Below, piece after piece: positions 1 through 9,057 of a stretch of 29,223 nt of DNA. The stretch is taken from NCBI GenBank assembly GCA_040222015.1, contig JAVJWO010000157.1:1-29223 (forward strand). The letters run 5' to 3'. This DNA is from Coleofasciculus chthonoplastes F2-STO-03 (GTDB taxonomy: Bacteria; Cyanobacteriota; Cyanobacteriia; Cyanobacteriales; Coleofasciculaceae). Within the stretch, counting starts at the first letter, position 1. Each line of letters begins with the position of its first letter. The position numbers and the translations under genes are program-made. The notes under the pieces were generated by a model. That model worked only from the letters and a program-made list of their open reading frames with translations. It had not been told where the DNA came from and ran no database searches.

Positions 1-141
1 CCCTCTGGAGTTATCTAAATTAGGCTCAATACTTGGTAGTTTTCTACGGGTGTTTGGTTTAAGTATTGCCGCAAGGATAGATAATTGTAAGGTGTGTCGC
101 GGAACTAAGAATCCCCGCACTTATAGGGCGGGGAGTGTCAA
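1..141 (+). mobile_element. Right end of an IS200/IS605-family element (remainder lies upstream of the window)
   Basis: GAAT (109-112) sits at the foot of the hairpin TCCCCGC(112-118)/GCGGGGA(128-134), followed by TCAA (138-141). This is the IS608-type right-end guide/cleavage tetranucleotide pair. An unrelated host reading frame resumes exactly at 142. Confidence 0.8.
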
Positions 142-157
142 GCTCACTATCAACCGA
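9..157 (+). ncRNA. Putative TnpB omegaRNA (reRNA) scaffold 3' part plus flank-derived guide
   Basis: Nested stems 9-17/78-86, 27-34/61-68 and 36-39/44-47, a cc-GCAA-gg tetraloop at 69-76, then the right-end hairpin. tnpB itself is not visible in the window. Confidence 0.45.
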
Positions 158-510
158 CTGGAACGCGCCACGAAACTATAACCCCCCATGTATCAATCTG
201 TTATACGGACTTTGGGCAAACCGCCGATAGCTACATCGAAAAATTTTGTGCGGCTGTTCGCAGTAAACCAAAGCCTTTGAGCCAACGATTAATTGTGGCG
301 ACTTCAGATCGGGCGCAACAGCTAACCGTTACAGGGTACGGGGCAGAATGGATGTCCTCGCAACAGTTAATTAGTGACGTCCATTCTACAAGTCGTCGAG
401 TCCGCCGCCGACAACGATCGCCCAAACAATCTCGCGGTCGTTTTTTAGTGCATTCCCTTGACAAATCAGCACAACAACGGTTATCTCAATGGCGTCAGGG
501 TATTCGCTGA
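142..510 (+). pseudogene. yacP: 3' part of a YacP/Rae1-family NYN-domain RNase, interrupted by the IS
   Basis: The frame is open from 142: AHYQPTG...YTDFGQTADSYIEK...RLIVATSDRAQQLTVTGYGAEWMSS, with YacP-type TAD.YIE and VATSD motifs. No own start codon at the junction; in frame with the 277..510 ORF. Confidence 0.8.
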
Positions 511-626
511 TACAGGGAAACGTCGCTCCCTCTTGAATTATTAACAAATCAATGTAGCTATTCAGAGGCTGTCTCGAAAAAGGTTGTTTGGGACGCCGAT
601 AAACCCATTGGCACAAACAATTAGAT

Positions 627-2756
627 ATGATGATTACTCGATACAATGGGGTAGAACCCCAGCCCCAAAAAAGACATCAGCTAATCTCAGATATTCTCAA
701 TTCCCTAGACGAGATCGTTTGGTCAGCGTCAGCCCAAACTTATAAGCTACTGTATATTAATCAAGCTGCCGAGACCATTTTGGGCAGAACCCTGGCTGAA
801 CTGTATGATCAACCAACTCTATGGCAGTTGATGATTCATCCCGATGATCGCCAGCGAGTTCAGCAGCAGTTTCAGAGTTTAGTAGAAAGCGGTAATCAAG
901 CCGTAGAATACAGAATTGTCCGACCTGACGGGGAGGTACGTTGGATACACAATCGCGTCTGTGCGATCGCGGATGAGACAGGTACTGTGATTCGGATTGA
1001 TGGGATTGCCAGGGATATCACCCAACGCAAACAAGCCGAAGTCCAACTCTGTCCCGAAAATGACCTACTCCAGGGCATTATGCAAACCAGTATAGCGGCG
1101 ATTACCGTCGTTGATACTCAAGGTAACATTATCTTTGCCAACGCGCGATCGCAGCAAGTCCTCGGTTTGACTCAATCCGAATTAGTAGAACGCCAGTACA
1201 ACTCTCCCACTTGGCAGATTACTGATTTTCAAGGCGGACCTTTTCCAGAGGAACAACTACCATTCCAACAGGTGATGGTAACAGGTCAACCCGTTTTCGA
1301 TGTCCAGCACGCAATTGAATGGGCGGATGGAACCCGTAAATACCTTTCAGTTAATGGCGCTCCCTTAAAAGATGCCGACGGAGTTATCACCCATATTGTT
1401 TTCTCGGTTACTGATATTAGTCACCGCAAACAGGTAGAAGAACAGTTATGCCACGATGCTTTACATGATAACTTAACCAGGTTACCGAATCGTACTCTAT
1501 TTATAGAGCGGGTTAACCATGCAATTAAATTAGCCAAACGGAATCAGGATTATTTATTTGCGGTTCTGTTCCTGGATTTGGATCGCTTTAAAGTAGTGAA
1601 TGATAGCTTGGGGCATGATATCGGGGATCAACTCCTAATTGCCACCGCCCGCCAGCTAGAAAAGTGTGTACGAACCACTGACACCGTTGCCCATTTAAGT
1701 GGCGATGAATTTACGATTCTCCTGGAAGATATCAAAGATATAAAAGATGCTACTCGTGTAGCTGAGCGGATTCAGGCAACCTTAAAAGCCCCCTTTAACC
1801 TGAATAATCATGAAGTATTTACGAGTGCTAGTATTGGCATTGCCCTCAGTTCCACAGGATATGAGCGCAGCGAAGATATCTTACGGGATGCTGACATTGC
1901 CATGTATCGGGCGAAAGAACTCGGCAAAGCCCGTCATGAAATCTTTGATACAATTATGCATGCTCGCGCCCTAGAATTGTTGACCTTAGAAAATGACTTG
2001 CGACGAGCCTTGGAACGGCAGGAATTTGAAGTTTATTATCAACCGATCACCTCCTTAGTAACAGGGACACTAACTGGATTTGAAGCACTGGTACGTTGGC
2101 GACATCCCCAACGAGGGTTAGTCTCTCCAGCCGACTTTATCCCCGTTGCTGAAGATACTGGACTGATTATTCCTCTGGGAGAGTGGGTACTTCATGAAGC
2201 TTGTCGTCAACTGCGGATGTGGCAAACCCAATTCCCTACACCAGAGCCATTGAAAATGAGTGTCAATTTATCGGGCAAACAGATTAAGGAGCCGGATCTA
2301 ATTGAGCAAATTGATCATATTTTAGCAGAAACAGGTTTAGATGGCAGTTTTTTGAAGCTAGAAATTACCGAAAGTATCTTAATGGAAAATGCCGAAACCG
2401 TCACCAAGATGCTACTGCAATTGAGAGCCAGAAATATCCAGTTATCCGTGGATGACTTTGGCACGGGATATTCGTCTTTAAGTTACTTACATCGCTTTCC
2501 CGTAAATACTCTTAAAATCGACCGTTCTTTTGTCAGCCAGATGAATCAAAAAAAACGCAATGCTGAGATTATCCGAACGATTATTACCCTCGCTCATAGT
2601 TTAAGAATGGATGTGATTGCTGAAGGGGTAGAAACTCTCGAACAATTGACCGAATTAAAACTCCTAAAATGCGAACAAGGACAAGGGTATTTATTTTCCA
2701 AACCGTTAACTAAGGGGGCGGCAGGACTTTTATTAGGCGGAATTCCTCAATGGTAA
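627..2756 (+). CDS. PAS-PAS-GGDEF-EAL c-di-GMP signalling protein (likely phosphodiesterase)
   Basis: Two PAS/PAC units (IHPDDR, GIARDIT; SVTDIS), HDNLTRLPNR, DLDRFK, variant SGDEF with upstream RTTD, FEALVRW, LEITES, DDFGTGYSSL, KIDRSF. Confidence 0.95.
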   Translation: MMITRYNGVEPQPQKRHQLISDILNSLDEIVWSASAQTYKLLYINQAAETILGRTLAELYDQPTLWQLMIHPDDRQRVQQQFQSLVESGNQAVEYRIVRPDGEVRWIHNRVCAIADETGTVIRIDGIARDITQRKQAEVQLCPENDLLQGIMQTSIAAITVVDTQGNIIFANARSQQVLGLTQSELVERQYNSPTWQITDFQGGPFPEEQLPFQQVMVTGQPVFDVQHAIEWADGTRKYLSVNGAPLKDADGVITHIVFSVTDISHRKQVEEQLCHDALHDNLTRLPNRTLFIERVNHAIKLAKRNQDYLFAVLFLDLDRFKVVNDSLGHDIGDQLLIATARQLEKCVRTTDTVAHLSGDEFTILLEDIKDIKDATRVAERIQATLKAPFNLNNHEVFTSASIGIALSSTGYERSEDILRDADIAMYRAKELGKARHEIFDTIMHARALELLTLENDLRRALERQEFEVYYQPITSLVTGTLTGFEALVRWRHPQRGLVSPADFIPVAEDTGLIIPLGEWVLHEACRQLRMWQTQFPTPEPLKMSVNLSGKQIKEPDLIEQIDHILAETGLDGSFLKLEITESILMENAETVTKMLLQLRARNIQLSVDDFGTGYSSLSYLHRFPVNTLKIDRSFVSQMNQKKRNAEIIRTIITLAHSLRMDVIAEGVETLEQLTELKLLKCEQGQGYLFSKPLTKGAAGLLLGGIPQW

Positions 2757-2861
2757 GGTAATCATAGAGAGAATAGTCTGAATGGGCGGGTAAGAAAGCT
2801 AAAGAGACTGGGTGTGGGGGTATAGGGTGTGGGGAAAATCATAATTAGGAAATCAGGAAGT

Positions 2862-2923
2862 GTAGGGGCGGGTTTTACAGATAACGTTTTGCAGGGAACC
2901 GATAACTTGACTAAACCCGCCCT
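2862..2923 (+). repeat. Long GTAG-type REP-like inverted repeat (GTAGGGGCGGGTTT-N35-AAACCCGCCC)
   Basis: Inverted arms; homologous copies at 5070-5131 (reverse), 6570-6635 and 17366-17427. Confidence 0.85.
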
Positions 2924-2954
2924 ATTCAACTATCAAGAAATAAATTATTTATAG

Positions 2955-3061
2955 ACAGCATATTTCAGGTTGATGAGGTACAGTCTTCTAAGCAAGATCC
3001 CCGACTTCTTGGAGAAGTCGGGGATCTGTCTGTGTACCTCACTTACTACCCAAAGCGCTGT
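2955..3061. repeat. MITE/REPIN-like element with an internal 15-bp-stem palindrome
   Basis: Imperfect outer IRs ACAGC...TGAGGTACA (2955-2982) and TGTACCTCA...GCTGT (3033-3061) enclose AGATCCCCGACTTCT-tgg-AGAAGTCGGGGATCT (2995-3027). The same stem recurs at 7956-7988. Confidence 0.75.
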
Positions 3062-3062
3062 A

Positions 3063-3986
3063 TCAATTCATTGCGTCTAAAAATGCCTCAACTTGACCAT
3101 CGGGAGTAAATATTAATCTAATTTGTCGGTGACTCTTTCCTATTAATGATGAAACAAAAGGTTTACCAACTAATGGAACACCAATTTTTTCAATCATAAC
3201 TTGTGAGGCTTGTCCGAGAGGAATGATCCTTTCAACTGAACCATCTGGGGCAATAATTAAACGATATTCTAATGTTAGTCTCAAGTCTTTTTGCGGTTGC
3301 CATCGCTGCTGGAAGTAATTTCTTACCTCTACCACTTGCGGAATGATGTTAAATATTTCTGGCTTAGGAGACTCCGATGAGAACCTACCTGTCTCAAGAA
3401 TAGGTAAACTGGGTAAAGGTAGCGGCATTTCAGGAACTTTGTTTGAACAGGAATGAGACTTTAAAGCTTCCGATGGTGAAGAGACATGACTTTCATGACT
3501 CCGCCAATTTTGATTCGGCTTGCTCAGTTTCTGCTGGCGTTTAGCTTCCCATTCCTGATCAAACCTTTCCAGGTTATCGTATTTGTCGCTACTCCAAAGC
3601 TTGAGGACAAAGTTCCAGTCTCCTAATCCCTGTTTCCTTTCATTACCCTTACGCCCAACTCTACGATCATCCAATATATTGAGAAAATCTTTAAAGTAAT
3701 ACGTTAAAACATCATTAAGCTGACGTTTTCGTTTTTGTTGATGTTCTCTAGTCTTATCGTCATTTCTGGGTGGGTACTTGATATCGTATAGCTGTCGTAA
3801 TGTATCCAGTGTCGCTTCAACTTCTAACTGACTGTAATCCTCTGCTGTTAAATTGACTCTGAGCTTCCCGTGAATACGTTCGCTCCCCTCCAGATCTCCG
3901 CTTTCATAATCCAGCAATGCTTCAAGCAATTGTTTGGCTCTCTTTTGGGAGGTAGAGCCATAACCTAGGTTTTTTTTCTTAGTCAT
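3063..3986 (-). CDS. Hypothetical two-domain protein: cyanobacterial N-terminal domain (as on NB-ARC/TPR proteins) plus a C-terminal domain like that of DUF4335 proteins
   Basis: N-terminal YG...KRAKQLLEALLDY...LNILDDRR...QG..DWNFVLKLWS...NLERFDQEWE; Pro/Ser linker; C-terminal YFQQRWQP...LEYRL....DG...IIPLG. Domain identities are recalled, not searched. Confidence 0.65.
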   Translation of the reverse strand: MTKKKNLGYGSTSQKRAKQLLEALLDYESGDLEGSERIHGKLRVNLTAEDYSQLEVEATLDTLRQLYDIKYPPRNDDKTREHQQKRKRQLNDVLTYYFKDFLNILDDRRVGRKGNERKQGLGDWNFVLKLWSSDKYDNLERFDQEWEAKRQQKLSKPNQNWRSHESHVSSPSEALKSHSCSNKVPEMPLPLPSLPILETGRFSSESPKPEIFNIIPQVVEVRNYFQQRWQPQKDLRLTLEYRLIIAPDGSVERIIPLGQASQVMIEKIGVPLVGKPFVSSLIGKSHRQIRLIFTPDGQVEAFLDAMN

Positions 3987-4015
3987 GGTACTTTAACGAA
4001 GTTGGATAAGGTCAA

Positions 4016-4139
4016 AAAGTTTCGGGAAAGTTTCGGGATTCCCTAAACTGAATCAGTTCTCTAAACCTCTGTAAGCCATATAATATCGTAGTTTTAGCGT
4101 TGAACAGGGTTTCCTGCTTTCGGAGATTCCCGAAAGTTT
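4016..4139. promoter_or_regulatory. Candidate operator repeats in a divergent intergenic region
   Basis: AAAGTTTCGGG tandem x2 (4016-4026, 4027-4037); inverted near-copy TCCCGAAAGTTT at 4128-4139. Confidence 0.4.
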
Positions 4140-4171
4140 ACAACTTCACTAAGACATTTAACAGTGAAGTA

Positions 4172-4417
4172 ATGAAACTAGACAAGAGAGCTAAATTGAT
4201 GATTTTAGAGTTTACTATCACTACTTCCCTTGGGTTAGTTCATAATGGACTAAGTATCCTGGTTAGTTTTGGCATATTGGTAACTCACCTGTGCTTTGAA
4301 CGGGACATAAAATCGGAATGTCATTTCTATTTGGAACGGATAGATGAACCCAAACCGAAAACTTTGCCATACAGTTCAGATTCTTCTTGTCAGAAACCAG
4401 TAAGTCATAAAAAATAA
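4172..4417 (+). CDS. Small hypothetical protein with one hydrophobic segment
   Basis: In-frame ATG at 4172 within ORF 4100..4417; hydrophobic LGLVHNGLSILVSFGILVTHL; no recognised family. Confidence 0.3.
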   Translation: MKLDKRAKLMILEFTITTSLGLVHNGLSILVSFGILVTHLCFERDIKSECHFYLERIDEPKPKTLPYSSDSSCQKPVSHKK

Positions 4418-4459
4418 TTTTATAGCCGGACTTGAGATAACTTACACTTTCCTGGTGTC

Positions 4460-4487
4460 GTAGGGGGAATTCATGAATTGCCCCTAC
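4460..4487. repeat. GTAG-type REP palindrome overlapping the exonuclease stop
   Basis: GTAGGGGGAATTCATGAATTGCCCCTAC; supplies the last codons and stop of the 4471..5040 gene. Confidence 0.8.
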
Positions 4488-5040
4488 TCCTATCCCTATG
4501 CCACAGTAATTGAGACAAGATTCGCCCAATATTCGCCGCATCGTCAACGCCGCGATGGTGTGTACCTTGCAACGACAGCTTCAGCAAAAACAAGGCTTTT
4601 AACATACCAACTTCCTTCGGTAACGAATGAGCCAGCGCAAACAACGTCTTCACATTGATATGTCGCGAATCAAAGGGATAGTCAACACCAAAGGATTGAC
4701 ATTGTTTTTGAAATTGATTTTTATCATACTCCCCATAACTCGCCCAAACTCGTTGATGGGATAAATAGCGTTTTTGGAGACGTTCACAGGCTTGAGCAAA
4801 GGACATTCCTTGATCCACTTGTTCCTGGGTTAATGTGGTTAACTCGGTACAAAATTCACTCACCGTTGAGCGTTCCGGTTTAACCAAGATACTCTCTGTT
4901 TTAACAGCAGAATGAGAAACACAATCCAGCAGACAAACGCCAATTTCGATAATTTCGCTTTCTTGTCCCGGTGGCGGTTTTCCTTGCCAGCACGTCGCTT
5001 CGACATCAATAACCAGAATTTGGTCGATTTTTCGAGACAT
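4471..5040 (-). CDS. DEDDh 3'-5' exonuclease, ERI1/KapD family
   Basis: VIDVEATC, EIIEIG, SEFCTELT, GEYD and GTHHRGVDDA motifs. Confidence 0.92.
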   Translation of the reverse strand: MSRKIDQILVIDVEATCWQGKPPPGQESEIIEIGVCLLDCVSHSAVKTESILVKPERSTVSEFCTELTTLTQEQVDQGMSFAQACERLQKRYLSHQRVWASYGEYDKNQFQKQCQSFGVDYPFDSRHINVKTLFALAHSLPKEVGMLKALFLLKLSLQGTHHRGVDDAANIGRILSQLLWHRDRSRGNS

Positions 5041-5069
5041 TATGCGCCTACTCCTCTGATTCCTTAAGC

Positions 5070-5131
5070 AGGGCGGGTTTAGTGAAGTTAGCGGTTGTAT
5101 CCAAAGCGTTATCAGTCAAACCCGCCCCTAC
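5070..5131 (-). repeat. Long GTAG-type REP-like inverted repeat
   Basis: Reverse complement aligns along its length with 2862-2923. Confidence 0.85.
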
Positions 5132-5234
5132 AACCTGGCTTACTTTGCTTTATTATGTATGTTTTAAGCAAATTTCATCATGAACGCCCTCAGACGCTAA
5201 GATGGGACTAATTTAAATTTGAGATTTAGAGAAA

Positions 5235-6533
5235 TTGCTATCTGAGCCACTGATTTCTACCAAATTTCCGGGTGATATATTCAAACTCGCCAATGGGTTA
5301 ACCGTCATTCACCAGCATTTACCCGCAACACCTGTCGTTGTGGTTGATGTCTGGGTGAGGGCTGGGGCAATTGTCGAACCCGATGAATGGTGCGGGATGG
5401 CTCATTTTTTGGAACACATGATTTTTAAAGGGACACAGCGACTGGTTCCCGGTGCATTTGATCAGGTGATTGAACGTCATGGGGGGCTGACAAATGCGGC
5501 GACTAGCCACGATTATGCCCATTTCTTCATTACCACCGCCGCGCAATACCTTGATGAAACCTTACCCCCATTAGCGGACTTACTTTTATCTCCGGCGATT
5601 CCTGACGTCGAATTTGATCGCGAACGAGATGTGGTTCTAGAAGAAATTCGCTCCTGTTACGACAATCCTGACTGGTTAGGTTTTCAGGCACTCTCAGAAA
5701 TAATATACCAGTATCACCCCTATAGACGCTCGGTTTTGGGTAGCGAAGAACAATTGAGGGCGCACACATCTCAGCAGATGCGCCGTTTCCATGCGAATCA
5801 CTACCAACCGGAGAATATGACGGTGGTGATTATTGGCGGGGTAGAACAAGAGTCAGCGCTAAATTTAGTGAATCAGTCTTTTGCCTCGTTTGCCACTCCC
5901 AGTGATTGTCCCCAATTAATCGCCGAAGCCGAACCCCCGATGACTGAGATTCGGCGTCAGGAACTGTATTTACCACGAATCGAACAAGCCCGTCTATTTA
6001 TGGCTTGGGTTGGACCCGGTGTGGATCAGTTAAAAGATGCTTATGGTTTAGATTTACTTTCGGTATTATTAGCCGATGGACGCTCATCCCGGTTAGTGAG
6101 ACAATTGCGGGAAGAAGATCGGCTAGTTCAAAATATTGGCAGTGGTTTTTCAATCCAGCGGGATTCGAGCTTGTTTACCATCAGCGCCTATCTTGATCCT
6201 GAGTATTTAGAACAAGTCGAAGCCTTGATTTGCCAGCATCTATTAGACCTACAGCATACACCGATATCCTCTGAAGAAATCCGTCGCTGTCAGCGATTAT
6301 TGTGTAATGACTATATTTTTTCTACCGAAGCGGCTGGTCAAATTGCTGGATTGTATGGATATTACAACACGATCGCGACTGCAGAATTAGCCGTAACGTA
6401 TCCCGCTCAAATTCAACGACTGACCCCAGTAGACTTGATGCACTTAGCACAACGTTACCTTTCTCCTTATCATTATGCCGTAACTGTTCTCAAACCCGTG
6501 AGTGAAGATTTGCTGATGGGAGAATTATTTTGA
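5235..6533 (+). CDS. M16 (pitrilysin/processing) zinc peptidase, catalytic subunit
   Basis: GMAHFLEHMIFKGT (HXXEH), NAATS, ERDVVLEE, SSRL. TTG start is uncertain. Confidence 0.93.
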   Translation: MLSEPLISTKFPGDIFKLANGLTVIHQHLPATPVVVVDVWVRAGAIVEPDEWCGMAHFLEHMIFKGTQRLVPGAFDQVIERHGGLTNAATSHDYAHFFITTAAQYLDETLPPLADLLLSPAIPDVEFDRERDVVLEEIRSCYDNPDWLGFQALSEIIYQYHPYRRSVLGSEEQLRAHTSQQMRRFHANHYQPENMTVVIIGGVEQESALNLVNQSFASFATPSDCPQLIAEAEPPMTEIRRQELYLPRIEQARLFMAWVGPGVDQLKDAYGLDLLSVLLADGRSSRLVRQLREEDRLVQNIGSGFSIQRDSSLFTISAYLDPEYLEQVEALICQHLLDLQHTPISSEEIRRCQRLLCNDYIFSTEAAGQIAGLYGYYNTIATAELAVTYPAQIQRLTPVDLMHLAQRYLSPYHYAVTVLKPVSEDLLMGELF

Positions 6534-6635
6534 GAGACGCACCATGTAGAGACGCGCCATGGCGCGTCTGTAGGGGCGGGTTTGACGACTATCGTTTCTT
6601 ATCCTTACCCAGATGCAACTCGCGCCCGCCCCGAC
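6533..6635 (+). repeat. REP cluster: GTAGAGACGCGCCATGGCGCGTCT (6546-6569) plus long GTAGGGGCGGG element (6570-6635)
   Basis: Perfect palindrome, preceded by a partial duplicate AGAGACGCACCAT (6533-6545). Confidence 0.8.
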
Positions 6636-6662
6636 CAAATTTTCAACTTTGAATTATAGATT

Positions 6663-7943
6663 ATGCCTTCTAGTCTAATTGCCTCACCCCAACAGTCCAT
6701 TATCCATCGCACGGTTTTAGATAATGGTATTGTCGTTATTGCCATCGAGAATTCAGCCGCTGATATTATTGCCTCTCGCCTATTTTTTCGCACGGGTAGC
6801 CAACGAGAACCACGAGATAAGGCGGGATTAACCCATCTCCTAGCGGCTGTTTTGACCAAAGGTACTGACGAACTTTCCTCGATTGAAATCGCCGAACGAG
6901 TCGAATCAGTGGGCGCTCAACTGAATACAGATGCTGCCACCGATTACTTTATATTGTCGCTGAAAACAGTATCCTCCGACTGGCTGGATATGTTAACGCT
7001 AGCGGGACAGATTTTGCGATCGCCCAGTTTCCCGGAAACTGAGGTGGAATTGGAACGCTATCTAACCATTCAGGATATTCGTTCGCAAAAAGAGCAACCG
7101 TTTAGCATTGCCTTTGAGCAGTTGCGACAGGCATTATATCAGGATCACCCTTATGCTGTCTCTGTATTGGGTACGGAAGCCACGGTTTCTGAATTGTTAC
7201 CGACAGATTTAAAGGACTATCATCAAACCTATTTTCGCCCGGATAACCTAGTGATTAGTGTCGCCGGTCGAATTTCACCGGAAGTCGCTGTACAGCAGAT
7301 TGAGCAAGTCTTTGGGGATTGGCAACCGCCCTCAACTCCTTTACCAACACCCACATTACCCTTAATTACCCCTCAGCCTTGCCACGTTGTTACCCCTCAG
7401 GAAACCCAACAATCGGTGGTAATGCTGGGGTATTTAGCCTCATCGGTTACTGATCCCGATTATGAGGCGCTAAAACTACTGAATACTTATCTGGGAAATG
7501 GACTTTCGAGTCGCTTATTTGTGGAATTGCGGGAAAAACGAGGGTTAGCTTATGATGTTTCGGCGTTTTACCCCACGCGCCAGTGTGATTCCCTATTTGT
7601 GACGTATATGGGAACCGCCCCAGAAAATACAGTAATCGCGATGGAGGGATTGCGGACAGAAGTGGAACGCCTTTGCAGCTTGAGGTTGAGTGCAGAGGAA
7701 CTGCAAGCAGCTAAAAATAAACTTCTGGGTCAATATGCTTTAGGGAAACAAACCAATGCTCAACTTGCCCAAATTTATGGCTGGTATGAAACTCTGGGAT
7801 TGGGAATTGAGTTTGATCTGAAGTTTCAGCAGCAGATTGCCCAAGTCACGCCAGAGATGGCACAAGCGGCGGCACAGCGTTTCTTTGGGGAACCTTATAT
7901 TTCTTTAGTCGGTCCGGCGGAAGCGATTAACCAGATCGTTTGA
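6663..7943 (+). CDS. M16 peptidase-family protein, non-catalytic partner subunit
   Basis: HXXEH replaced by HLLAA; LSSRLFVELREKRGLAY motif; directly follows the catalytic paralogue. Confidence 0.92.
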   Translation: MPSSLIASPQQSIIHRTVLDNGIVVIAIENSAADIIASRLFFRTGSQREPRDKAGLTHLLAAVLTKGTDELSSIEIAERVESVGAQLNTDAATDYFILSLKTVSSDWLDMLTLAGQILRSPSFPETEVELERYLTIQDIRSQKEQPFSIAFEQLRQALYQDHPYAVSVLGTEATVSELLPTDLKDYHQTYFRPDNLVISVAGRISPEVAVQQIEQVFGDWQPPSTPLPTPTLPLITPQPCHVVTPQETQQSVVMLGYLASSVTDPDYEALKLLNTYLGNGLSSRLFVELREKRGLAYDVSAFYPTRQCDSLFVTYMGTAPENTVIAMEGLRTEVERLCSLRLSAEELQAAKNKLLGQYALGKQTNAQLAQIYGWYETLGLGIEFDLKFQQQIAQVTPEMAQAAAQRFFGEPYISLVGPAEAINQIV

Positions 7944-7955
7944 GATCTGACATTG

Positions 7956-7988
7956 AGATCCCCGACTTCTCCGAGAAGTCGGGGATCT
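7956..7988. repeat. REP-like palindrome between convergent genes (possible bidirectional terminator or 3' stabiliser)
   Basis: AGATCCCCGACTTCT-ccg-AGAAGTCGGGGATCT; stem identical to 2995-3027. Confidence 0.8.
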
Positions 7989-7994
7989 GTACTA

Positions 7995-8909
7995 TTAATT
8001 TGATACATGTTTGAGGAGAGTCACCGGACCTGCGTCTTTGAGGATTTGCATTTGCTGGGAATTGCGAACCAGCAGCGCCCCCGCAAAGCCAAGTGAATTT
8101 ACCGAAATCGACTCAAACTCTTCTTGCGATCGCGGCACAATCAGCATCCATTCTCGTGTGGCTAGCAGGTTGTAGGGGGCGGATTGTTTGATGCCATTTG
8201 AGGGCTTACCCACTGCTTGTAGAAGCCTGTAATAAGCGTCCAGAGTGGCTTTAGCGGCAACGTCTGGCGTGTCTATCCAACTGGGATCGAATCGCGTTAG
8301 GGCATGAACAAAGGGAAAGCTGGGTATTGTACCTATTGAACCCTGAAAATTAGCCGATGCGATCGCGGGTTCGATGGGTAACTTGGGTTTCTCTGGGGTG
8401 AGGGGTAAAGGAACAAGTTGTAAATGTTTGTGTCGCTGACTCGCCCCTGCTATTTTGCCACCATTATAGAAGGCTAAGCCATCAATTTCCGCTAAACTTG
8501 TCCACATTGCCTGAAAATCAGATAAGGTGAGCCAATTATCCTGGTCTTCATACTCGCGGGTGACGATGAGGAGGTGATAATCAACTACGTTGAATTTATT
8601 TAACAGACACAGGTGAGTGTCGGAAATATCCGCAACGAATAAATCGTCTTCGTAGGGGAGAAAGGGGTTAAAGTCAGCTTTTTTCTTCTGTTGCTGCTTT
8701 TTTGCCTTAGCTTTGCGATCGAGGTTAGAGATTATCCGCACCAGAAAGCTAATCCCCTCCTGTTCGACGAACTCAGACTCGGTTTTGATGGGTTGCAGTG
8801 CGCCGCATTGGAGGGCGTGTTCGGTTGTCTTTTGAACCTTTGACCATAATGTACCAGGTTTTAGGGTTCGTGTGTTCTGTTCCGTGGGTTTTTCTTCGGG
8901 CATAGTCAA
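7995..8909 (-). CDS. ATP adenylyltransferase / Ap4A phosphorylase II family protein
   Basis: FNPFLPYE, LLNKFNV, FYNGG..AGASQRHKHLQ (HxHxQ), NSLGFAG. Confidence 0.92.
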   Translation of the reverse strand: MTMPEEKPTEQNTRTLKPGTLWSKVQKTTEHALQCGALQPIKTESEFVEQEGISFLVRIISNLDRKAKAKKQQQKKKADFNPFLPYEDDLFVADISDTHLCLLNKFNVVDYHLLIVTREYEDQDNWLTLSDFQAMWTSLAEIDGLAFYNGGKIAGASQRHKHLQLVPLPLTPEKPKLPIEPAIASANFQGSIGTIPSFPFVHALTRFDPSWIDTPDVAAKATLDAYYRLLQAVGKPSNGIKQSAPYNLLATREWMLIVPRSQEEFESISVNSLGFAGALLVRNSQQMQILKDAGPVTLLKHVSN

Positions 8910-9057
8910 TTGTCGTATCCGCAGCGTGCGAATCCAATCTAGACGATCTAATGAATTTTGCCCAGAACTAAGAACAGTACTGCTTTGAACGGCTAACTGC
9001 TATTTCCGAATCCTATCCAGATAAGATATCCTAACCAAATAAGTCACTCTAACTGCT

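Noticed and set aside
1..141. IStron or self-splicing intron restoring yacP
   Set aside because: The element ends in TCAA, not a terminal G, and no group I core is visible. The 5' part is outside the window, so this cannot be fully excluded.
277..510. Standalone 77-aa gene
   Set aside because: It is the tail of the interrupted yacP frame that starts at 142.
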